From Candidatus Aenigmatarchaeota archaeon (lineage in GTDB: Archaea; Aenigmatarchaeota; Aenigmatarchaeia; QMZP01): a stretch of 64,000 bases of DNA. The translations under genes and the position numbers were made by a program. Below the pieces are notes generated by a model. The model saw only the letters and a list, made by a program, of their open reading frames with translations. It did not search any database and had not been told where the DNA came from. Each line of letters opens with the position of its first letter. The first letter of the stretch is position 1. Below, piece after piece: positions 57,165 to 64,000 of this stretch. Where the stretch lies: the NCBI GenBank assembly GCA_026397335.1, contig JAPLVB010000048.1, forward strand, positions 136 to 64,135. Direction: 5' to 3'.

Positions 57165-57527
57165 TTATTTCATGAGCGACTTGACTTTCTCCGCAATCTC
57201 GTTCACCAGCTTCTTCGCGTCACCTTCCTGCGCAATTGCGATTGATGAGGTGGGAACGTCTATCCCGCATGCCTTGCCTAGCTCAACCTTTGAAGGCACA
57301 AAAACATACGGCACTTTCTTCTCATCGCATAGAACCGGAAGATGCATAAGGATCTCCGGAGGCGTGACGTCCTCGGCCATTACAACAAGCTTTGCAATTC
57401 CCCTGTCTATCGCCTTGGTGGTCTCGTTTACGCCTTTCTTGATCTTTCCGCTGGATTTCGCGACTGTAACGGCTTCGTAAACCTTTTCCACAAGATCCTT
57501 CGAAACCTTGAATTTCACGAATGTCAT
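57165..57527 (-). CDS. rpl7ae: Ribosomal protein L7Ae (K-turn binding)
   Basis: Full-length match ([28 protein letters not shown]...LP.LC.EK..PY..V.SK..LG.A.GI). GGAGG lies 7 nt upstream of the ATG. Confidence 0.9.
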   Translation of the reverse strand: MTFVKFKVSKDLVEKVYEAVTVAKSSGKIKKGVNETTKAIDRGIAKLVVMAEDVTPPEILMHLPVLCDEKKVPYVFVPSKVELGKACGIDVPTSSIAIAQEGDAKKLVNEIAEKVKSLMK

Positions 57528-57560
57528 ATCATCCCCTCCTAAAAGGTACGATTTTGGAAA

Positions 57561-57581
57561 GAAGGCGACTTCGTCACCTTC
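57561..57581. repeat. Repeat copy R15: GAAGGCGAC-TTC-GTCACCTTC followed by aaac
   Basis: Seen directly; 33 nt upstream of the L7Ae ATG on the minus strand. Confidence 0.75.
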
Positions 57582-57650
57582 AAACTTTGGACGCCTTTTC
57601 AGGTCTAAGTTTACGATTATATAACTATATTAATATATAAACGTTTGGAT

Positions 57651-57962
57651 TTATAACTTCCCCGTTCTGAGCGCCTTCACCCTGCTTTTGTAGAAATTGA
57701 TGGCCTCCCTCAGGGCCTTCCTGCCTGCTGGGGTGAGGGCGTAAACCTTTTGCCGGCCTGAGACAGTCTTCTTCACGTACCCGGACTTTGAAAGCAGATA
57801 AAGGACCTTGTATGCGGTGACAGTGCCCGGCTCGAACCCGAACCTCTCTCTTATATCCTTCCTTATCACGTAAGCATGCATGGGGCCATCCTGCAGAATC
57901 CTGAGTATGTAAACCCACAGGCACTCCTTCGTGTTCAGCTGGACCAGACGAGAGAGAGGCAT
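57651..57962 (-). CDS. PadR-family transcriptional regulator
   Basis: LWVYILRILQDGPMHAYVIRKDIRERFGFEPGTVTAYKVLYLLSKSGYVK. Confidence 0.8.
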   Translation of the reverse strand: MPLSRLVQLNTKECLWVYILRILQDGPMHAYVIRKDIRERFGFEPGTVTAYKVLYLLSKSGYVKKTVSGRQKVYALTPAGRKALREAINFYKSRVKALRTGKL

Positions 57963-57996
57963 ACTATCTTATTCTTTGTTTTACATAAATAATGTT

Positions 57997-58659
57997 ATGA
58001 AAATCGACCTGCACGTCCACACCAAGTGGTCTGAGGATTCCATAAACTTGCCCTGGCTCATAATGAAAATGATAAAGAAGCGAAAGCTTGACGGCCTTGC
58101 TGTAACAGACCACAATTCCATCCGCGGCTGGAAAAGCATGCAGGAAGCCGCTCGGAGATACGGCCTCCAGCTCATCCTTGGTGAAGAGATAAAGGTCTAT
58201 CATAATGGAAAGCTCTCGGGAGAGGTTCTAGGGCTGTTCCTCAACGAGGAGATAAGGAAAGGCGAGCCGGAAGAGGTTATAGACCATATCAGGCAGCAGG
58301 ACGGGGCTGCAGTGATAGCCCACCCCTTTGACAGGATAAAGGGCTTCAGGAACCTTGATTCTTTCGCTGGGAAGATAGACGCGGTGGAGGCATTCAACGC
58401 GCGGGTCTTCTCCATGGCTACAAACAATATGGCATTTGATTTTGCCGAGAAAACCAGACTGGGATGCACAGGAGGAAGCGACGCGCATATACCGATAGAA
58501 GTGGGCCTGGCTTACACTGTGGCAGACTGTTCGGACCTTGAGGGCTTCAGGAAAGCGCTCAAAAGAAGGGAAACGCGATTCTTCGGGAGGATGGTTTTCC
58601 CGCTAACACATTTCTGCGGGATAACTATACTTTCTTTAAAGAAGGCTGGGTATTTTTGA
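57997..58659 (+). CDS. PHP-domain phosphoesterase
   Basis: MKIDLHVHTKWS, VTDHN, IAHPF and GGSDAH metal-binding motifs. Confidence 0.75.
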   Translation: MKIDLHVHTKWSEDSINLPWLIMKMIKKRKLDGLAVTDHNSIRGWKSMQEAARRYGLQLILGEEIKVYHNGKLSGEVLGLFLNEEIRKGEPEEVIDHIRQQDGAAVIAHPFDRIKGFRNLDSFAGKIDAVEAFNARVFSMATNNMAFDFAEKTRLGCTGGSDAHIPIEVGLAYTVADCSDLEGFRKALKRRETRFFGRMVFPLTHFCGITILSLKKAGYF

Positions 58660-58672
58660 TTAGCGATTTCTT

Positions 58673-59236
58673 TCAGTAGCCTCTTCTTTGTTTTGGGGAA
58701 TAAGGAGGATTGTCTATCATTATTTTTATCTTAGGTACATATCCAGGGTCAGACATTGACCTCAAGCCATCTTTATAGTGCTCCAGGTGGAATTTTTCTT
58801 CCAAGTATATCCGATTAGAAAGTTTGGATTTTGCTTTTGCAGCGTTTTCTTTAATTTTGGCATTAATTTCTTTAATTTCCGATTTTGTCAGTCTCATTTC
58901 CTCCCTTAACTTCACATTCTTGGTTTCAGTCTCATAAACCACATTTATCAGCTTGCGACCCTTTATTGCAAACATAAATGCTATTTCAAGAGGAGGAATC
59001 TCGCTTTCGTAAAGTATTTTTTCAAACTCTTCTGGGTTATAGATATGGGAATCCGGCTTAGGTTTTCCGACCTTTTTGGCCTGCTCAGGAGCGGGGATAT
59101 TAGCAGGGTGTTCCTTGAACCCGCAGAAATAAGGCTCATTGTCTTTAACGGTTTCGTCAAATGGGTCGGCGCCCTTGAATTTTCTCTCAGCCTTGAGAAT
59201 CTTTTCAAGGGGTTTGGGCTCCATATCTTTTTTCAT
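58673..59236 (-). CDS. Hypothetical protein that shares a C-terminal tail motif with the next gene
   Basis: C-terminus KIKIMIDNPPYSPKQRRGY. Confidence 0.4.
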   Translation of the reverse strand: MKKDMEPKPLEKILKAERKFKGADPFDETVKDNEPYFCGFKEHPANIPAPEQAKKVGKPKPDSHIYNPEEFEKILYESEIPPLEIAFMFAIKGRKLINVVYETETKNVKLREEMRLTKSEIKEINAKIKENAAKAKSKLSNRIYLEEKFHLEHYKDGLRSMSDPGYVPKIKIMIDNPPYSPKQRRGY

Positions 59237-59278
59237 GCTTAATCTCTCTTGGAAAGAAATAAAAGCCTTTCAGGCGAT

Positions 59279-59908
59279 TCAGTAATTCCTTTTCCATTTT
59301 TTGGGGCTATAAGTCTCCGGCTGCCCAAAGACAACTTTTACTTTTGGAGAGTAGTTGGCCTGTGATGCATTCGCAAAATCATAATGCTTCTGAGATTCAA
59401 AGAGAGACAGAAGCACCATGTAGTCAGAAAATCCTGACTTCCCGTTGAGGTCTTTCAGGAGTTCCTCAAAAACCTTTTTGCCCAGCTTCATTTCACGCTT
59501 GAAGATGCATGAATAGGTCTCCGCATCGTAGACGTAGTTCGTGATATTCTTGCAATCAAGGCTATAGACTTCCTTCTTGGAACTTCCCATGGCGCTGATG
59601 GCCCCTCCTTCCCAGATTACTTGCCCGGACCCCATATCATTTGGGTGCCTTTTATATTCTCTTCTCAATCCGTCTAAGAATAACCGAAGGGTTTCAGCTG
59701 GCACGGACTGGGAGCAGAACTGATGGCCTTTCTTGTAGAGTCCTCTTGGATTTGCCTTTGGAACTCCTGTTCGGTTATATGGATATGTTACCCCAAATCC
59801 CAAAGGCCCCAGTACCTCATCGTTGTTAATAGAAATTGAATCCGGGTTGACCGGATAACCTTTGGTTCCCTCACGCTCCAGAATCTCTCCATGCTTCTTT
59901 GCCTTCAT
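59279..59908 (-). CDS. Hypothetical protein that shares a C-terminal tail motif with the previous gene
   Basis: C-terminus KVKVVFGQPETYSPKKWKRNY. Confidence 0.4.
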   Translation of the reverse strand: MKAKKHGEILEREGTKGYPVNPDSISINNDEVLGPLGFGVTYPYNRTGVPKANPRGLYKKGHQFCSQSVPAETLRLFLDGLRREYKRHPNDMGSGQVIWEGGAISAMGSSKKEVYSLDCKNITNYVYDAETYSCIFKREMKLGKKVFEELLKDLNGKSGFSDYMVLLSLFESQKHYDFANASQANYSPKVKVVFGQPETYSPKKWKRNY

Positions 59909-60043
59909 ATGCTTTCTATTGTCAGGAAAAAATAAAAACCCATGCTATCCCAGGATGCTATTTTACACCCATAAAATATATAAGCCCCCGGAACCAACTA
60001 TTTTACAGGTGTATAATACTAAGGGTTTCGGGGTGAATTATTT

Positions 60044-61144
60044 ATGGGTGAAATAAAGCTTGCTATCGCGGGCGTGGGCAACTGCGCCTCTTCCCTTGTG
60101 CAGGGATTCTTCTATTACAAGGACGTTGATTCCAACAATAGGCTCATACCGGGGCTCATGCACAACGTCCTGGGAGGGTATAAAATCTCGGACGTGAAGC
60201 CAGTCGCCGCGTTTGACGTGGACGCGCGCAAGGTCGGGAAGGACCTTTCCGAGGCAATATTCGCGCTTCCCAACTGCACAAAGGTCTTCTGCAAGGATGT
60301 CCCGGACATGGGCGTGTCCGTGATGAAGGCGCCCGTCTTGGATGGCATCGCGGAGCACATGAAAGACTATCCTGAAGATAGGAGTTTCTTAGTCTCCAAA
60401 GACAAGCCTGTGGACGTGGCGAAAGTTCTCAAACAAACTGGAGCAGAAGTGTTTGTTAATTATGTTCCAGTAGGTTCTGAACAAGCTGCACAATACTATG
60501 CACAGTGTGCGCTGGACGCAGGCTGCGCATTCGTGAACTGCATGCCTGTTTTCATAGCCTCTGACCACAAGTGGTCCGAAAAATTCCACCAGGCCGGCCT
60601 TCCAATAGCAGGGGATGACATGAAGAGCCAGCTAGGTGCAACCATTCTGCACAGGACGCTTGTGAAGCTATTCGCAGACAGGGGAGTGAAGATAGACAGG
60701 ACATACCAACTCAACACGGGCGGGAACACGGATTTCCTGAACATGCTGGAACGCTCCCGCCTGAAGAGCAAGAAGCTGAGCAAGACCCGCTCAGTCCAGT
60801 CGCAGCTTCCTGTCCCGCTGGAAGAGGAAAATATACATATCGGACCGAGCGATTATGTGCCCTGGCAGAAGGACAACAAGATATGCTTCATTCGCATAGA
60901 AGGCCGCAAATTCGGGGACGTCCCTCTTGACCTTGAGCTCCGCCTCTCGGTTGAGGATTCTCCGAACAGCGCGGGAGTGGTCATAGATGCAGTAAGGTGC
61001 GCGAAGCTTGCCCTGGACAGGAGCATCTCCGGACCCCTGACAAGCATATCCGCCTACACCATGAAGCATCCGCCCCAGCAGTATCCTGACCCGGTGGCCA
61101 GGCAGATGGTGGAAGAATTCATTAAAGGGGAGAGGGAGCGCTAG
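60044..61144 (+). CDS. myo-Inositol-1-phosphate synthase family protein (archaeal/bacterial short form)
   Basis: N-terminal Rossmann [16 protein letters not shown], a GGNTDF segment and a length of about 366 aa; assigned from memory. Confidence 0.55.
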   Translation: MGEIKLAIAGVGNCASSLVQGFFYYKDVDSNNRLIPGLMHNVLGGYKISDVKPVAAFDVDARKVGKDLSEAIFALPNCTKVFCKDVPDMGVSVMKAPVLDGIAEHMKDYPEDRSFLVSKDKPVDVAKVLKQTGAEVFVNYVPVGSEQAAQYYAQCALDAGCAFVNCMPVFIASDHKWSEKFHQAGLPIAGDDMKSQLGATILHRTLVKLFADRGVKIDRTYQLNTGGNTDFLNMLERSRLKSKKLSKTRSVQSQLPVPLEEENIHIGPSDYVPWQKDNKICFIRIEGRKFGDVPLDLELRLSVEDSPNSAGVVIDAVRCAKLALDRSISGPLTSISAYTMKHPPQQYPDPVARQMVEEFIKGERER

Positions 61145-61288
61145 CTTCTTTTCCACCTGCAAAACCCCTAAATAAGCCCTATTTCTGCTCCTTTTCCGCT
61201 ATGCTGCACCTCACAGAAACCTTTATAAACCCTCTTTTTAAGAGTAAATAAGTGTTACTATTAAGTGGTTACAATATCTAGGTGGGTT

Positions 61289-62305
61289 ATGGACCTTCAG
61301 AAAGAGATGGGGGAGCATGCTAGGATACTGGAATCTCTCCAGACGGCCAAAGGGCTCTTTCTGGCTGCACCCAGCCAGGGAACAGGCTACAACAAGGCCT
61401 GGATAAGGGACAACATTTACGAGTCTCTGGGACTGGAGATTGTCAGGCCTGAGAAGGTGGGTCTGGTAATCCACAGGCTGTTTGACATCCTCAGAAAGTA
61501 TGGGTACAAGATAGACTGGGCTATAAAGGAGAAGCCTGTTTACGCATACCAGTATATTCACGCAAGATATAACCCCGAGACTCTTGAGGAATTATGGGAT
61601 GAATGGGGAAACAAGCAGAATGATGCTGTAGGGGCGTTTCTTTTCAAGGTCGCTGACCTTCTGAGGAAAAGCCACAGATTGATCAGGAATTCCGGGGATA
61701 TGAGAATTCTGAAAAAGCTGGTTCTTTATTTGCAGTCCATCAGGTACTGGGAGGATAAGGACAATGGAATGTGGGAGGAGAACGAAGAGGTACATGCCTC
61801 CTCTGTGGGAGCATGCCTCGCAGGGCTGAAAGCAATTTCCAAGTTTATTGATGTTCCAAAGGAACTGATAGGAAAAGGGCAGGAAGCACTGGAAAAACTG
61901 CTTCCTAGGGAATCAGAAACCAAGGAAGTGGATCTGGCTTTGCTTTCGCTTATTTATCCTTACAATATTGTAACTCCAGCCCAAAGAAAAGCAATCCTGA
62001 GGAATGTGGAAAAGAAACTTGTCAGGAAAAGGGGCTTGATAAGATACTCTGGAGACAAGTACTACAAAAGGGACGGGGAAGCCGAGTGGACCATGGGATT
62101 CCCCTGGCTTGCTATAATCTACAAAATACTTGGGGACAGAAAGAAGTTTGATTTTTACATGAGAAAGACAAGGTTCGTTATGAACGGTTCAGGCCATCTT
62201 CCTGAGCTTTATTTTGCAGGCTCAAAAGAGCACAATGACAATACACCCCTTGGCTGGGCGCAATCCCTCTATCTGGTGGCGCTGGCTGAGGGGATGGGTT
62301 CTTAG
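61289..62305 (+). CDS. Glycoside hydrolase family 15-like (glucoamylase/glucodextranase-related) protein
   Basis: (alpha/alpha)6-barrel-like pattern (GYNKAWIRDN, DNGMWEE, YSGDKYY, GWAQSLY). Confidence 0.5.
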   Translation: MDLQKEMGEHARILESLQTAKGLFLAAPSQGTGYNKAWIRDNIYESLGLEIVRPEKVGLVIHRLFDILRKYGYKIDWAIKEKPVYAYQYIHARYNPETLEELWDEWGNKQNDAVGAFLFKVADLLRKSHRLIRNSGDMRILKKLVLYLQSIRYWEDKDNGMWEENEEVHASSVGACLAGLKAISKFIDVPKELIGKGQEALEKLLPRESETKEVDLALLSLIYPYNIVTPAQRKAILRNVEKKLVRKRGLIRYSGDKYYKRDGEAEWTMGFPWLAIIYKILGDRKKFDFYMRKTRFVMNGSGHLPELYFAGSKEHNDNTPLGWAQSLYLVALAEGMGS

Positions 62306-62334
62306 GATTTTAATCCATTCCGCTTATTTTCTTT

Positions 62335-62715
62335 ATGGACGGCATTTCAGTCGTGATAAAGAAGGACGGCAAATACATGATGATACAGCAGGCCAAGGGA
62401 AGACCTTTCCAGCTTAAATGGATGGCTGTTTCCGGTGCTATCAACGAGGACGAAACAAAAGAGGAATCAGTCATAAGAGAAACCAAAGAAGAGGTGGGAT
62501 TGGATATAGAAATATTAAGGGAAATTGCAACTCTTAAGTCCGACTGGAAATCAGAAAACACGCATTTCTTTATTGCCAACTGGAAAAGCGGGAAGATAAA
62601 AGCTGACCCACGGGAAATAAACAAATATGGCTGGTTCACCTATGAGGAAATCCTGGAGCTGGATTTGATGCCAGCGACCAAGGTTTTCTTTGAGAAGCAC
62701 TTCAGGCCGTTCTGA
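62335..62715 (+). CDS. NUDIX hydrolase
   Basis: Nudix box GAINEDETKEESVIRETKEEVGL. Confidence 0.8.
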   Translation: MDGISVVIKKDGKYMMIQQAKGRPFQLKWMAVSGAINEDETKEESVIRETKEEVGLDIEILREIATLKSDWKSENTHFFIANWKSGKIKADPREINKYGWFTYEEILELDLMPATKVFFEKHFRPF

Positions 62716-62722
62716 TAGAGTT

Positions 62723-63412
62723 CTACCCCTTGTACCTGTACTTGAATCCCCTGGGGAATCCACCCCTGAGGAAGCGAAGGCCAAAGTAAATCCCGCCTGC
62801 CACGAGAAGAATAACCACTACATACTGGGTAACTGGGTTGGCTGTCACAAGCCCTGTGGTAGGGATTGCTTCAGGTTGTTTTTGGGCTGGCTCAGTCGCA
62901 TTTTCCTGCTGCTCTGGCTTTGATGCCGGGACTGTTGCATTGATGATTGGCGTGGCTGTTTTGTTGATAAGTGGAGCTTGCGTCTGGTTCTGCTCGGCAG
63001 GATTCGCGGCGTCCTCCGGGACTACGCCACCTATAACTATTTTCGTTGGGGAGATGTTTGCGCCATCAGCGGCGAACCATATTATGGCGCTCTTCTCACC
63101 GTCAGGAATGATTATCTTTATGGATGAGTTTTCACTTTGTCCCGCTTTCAGGCTGCTTGTGGTAAAGTTAGCCCCGCTGTACCAGCCCTCTGGAATCAAT
63201 GGGTAAACCGTTGTCGAGGCTTCGCATGAGCCTGTGTTAGTCACAGTTATGTCTATCCACACAAAAGTTTTGCTAATATTCACAGAATCTGGAGAAGTGA
63301 TGGCAAACTGGGGCGCGCACCCGGAGCTGTCCTGAGCAAAGGTTGCCTGAGCTATGAAAACAAATGCCAGAATGGCAAAAACTGGCAAGCAGGCGAACCT
63401 GGGTTTTTGCAT
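62723..63412 (-). CDS. Secreted/surface protein with an N-terminal signal peptide, a Thr/Pro/Gln-rich region and a C-terminal TM anchor
   Basis: MQKPRFACLPVFAILAFVFIAQATFA signal peptide; C-terminal VVILLVAGGIYFGL TM followed by a basic tail. Confidence 0.45.
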   Translation of the reverse strand: MQKPRFACLPVFAILAFVFIAQATFAQDSSGCAPQFAITSPDSVNISKTFVWIDITVTNTGSCEASTTVYPLIPEGWYSGANFTTSSLKAGQSENSSIKIIIPDGEKSAIIWFAADGANISPTKIVIGGVVPEDAANPAEQNQTQAPLINKTATPIINATVPASKPEQQENATEPAQKQPEAIPTTGLVTANPVTQYVVVILLVAGGIYFGLRFLRGGFPRGFKYRYKG

Positions 63413-63474
63413 AATCAGCCCCGGATTTATATATAATAAATTATTGATTATGCAAGCTTAAATCATAATTCTGC

Positions 63475-64000
63475 TTACCATCTGCGAGAAGGTCCGCGCC
63501 TGTGCGGAGCTCCGCGTCCAAAGCTTTCCTTCCGTTCCCTCCCCGCATACGGGTTGAAAGGCACTTTCGCGAAATTCTCCTTCTCACCCTTCTGGACAGA
63601 GAGTCCAGGATTCAGCTGTAAAATGCGACGGAAATTCTGGTGGTCTGCAGGAGCCAGAAGGGTTATTGCTTTCCCGGATTTTCCGGCCCGTGCGGTCCTT
63701 CCTATCCTGTGCGTGTAGTCATCGCTCTTGTCCGGGACGTCATAATTGAAGATGTGGGTGACTCCCTTTATGTCAAGCCCCCGCGAGGCCACATCTGTCG
63801 CGACAAGGACATTGATATTTCCCGCGTGCATTTCACTCATGATTCTCTCGCGCTTCTCCTGTTCAAGCCCGCCATGTATGACCTTTGCGTTCACGCCGTT
63901 TGAAACAAGGTTCCTGTAGACCGCGTCACATGTTGTCCTGCGACCGCAAAAAATCATTGCCAGCTTTGGATTCTCCTTCTTTATCAGATGGACAAGCAGG
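63475..64000 (-). CDS. DEAD-box RNA helicase, partial (the N-terminal part lies beyond the window edge)
   Basis: Helicase C-domain motifs VLVATDVASRGLDI (motif V) and HRIGRTARAG (motif VI). The ORF continues past 64000. Confidence 0.85.
   Translation of the reverse strand, partial: LLVHLIKKENPKLAMIFCGRRTTCDAVYRNLVSNGVNAKVIHGGLEQEKRERIMSEMHAGNINVLVATDVASRGLDIKGVTHIFNYDVPDKSDDYTHRIGRTARAGKSGKAITLLAPADHQNFRRILQLNPGLSVQKGEKENFAKVPFNPYAGRERKESFGRGAPHRRGPSRRW

Noticed and set aside
57561-57581. K-turn or K-loop for L7Ae autoregulation in the R15 hairpin
   Set aside because: The loop and stem lack the tandem sheared G.A/A.G signature, and loop sequences vary across the family, so a conserved K-turn is not supported.
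1-64000. CRISPR arrays or rRNA genes
   Set aside because: No regularly spaced direct repeats with unique spacers and no rRNA-like conserved stretches were seen. The dispersed repeats are inverted (hairpin) rather than direct-repeat arrays.

Overview
This 64-kb window reads as a compact archaeal chromosome segment of about 50% GC, with genes on both strands and many 4-nt start/stop overlaps. Archaeal hallmarks include glycerol-1-phosphate dehydrogenase next to GGGP synthase (ether-lipid core), GatD and GatE, the chromatin protein MC1, the L7Ae-S28e-L24e ribosomal cluster, diphthine synthase, a V-type H+-pyrophosphatase, a preflagellin/prepilin A24 peptidase and a SepF-like domain. Other readable content covers FtsY, ornithine carbamoyltransferase, a class-III aminotransferase, SufS, an NhaP antiporter, a CDF transporter, a large multi-cluster radical-SAM enzyme (possibly a Tes/GDGT-MAS-like lipid synthase), two PQQ beta-propeller paralogs, an EndoIII-like glycosylase, NUDIX, a PHP phosphoesterase, an inositol-phosphate-synthase-like protein, a GH15-like protein and a partial DEAD-box helicase. 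Accessory content comprises three nucleotidyltransferase/HEPN toxin-antitoxin pairs, an apparently split amino-methyltransferase, and a ~2.2-kb integrase-bearing islet bounded by AT-rich DNA. The most unusual signal is not a protein. At least 16 copies of a short GC-rich palindromic repeat (GAAG-stem-loop-stem-CTTC, often nested and flanked by CGAAAGAAG / CTTCAATCG) are scattered through intergenic DNA and typically end 19-41 nt upstream of start codons; copies differ by compensatory stem changes. One copy forms the 74-nt intron of a tRNA-Pro(CGG) gene, and a degenerate copy lies in-frame in the linker of a 758-codon ORF that joins a multi-pass transporter-like membrane domain to a SepF domain. 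I read this as a REP/PATE-like, possibly mobile, hairpin-element family. No rRNA genes or CRISPR arrays were seen. All protein calls rest on by-eye motif recognition in the supplied translations; no database search was run.
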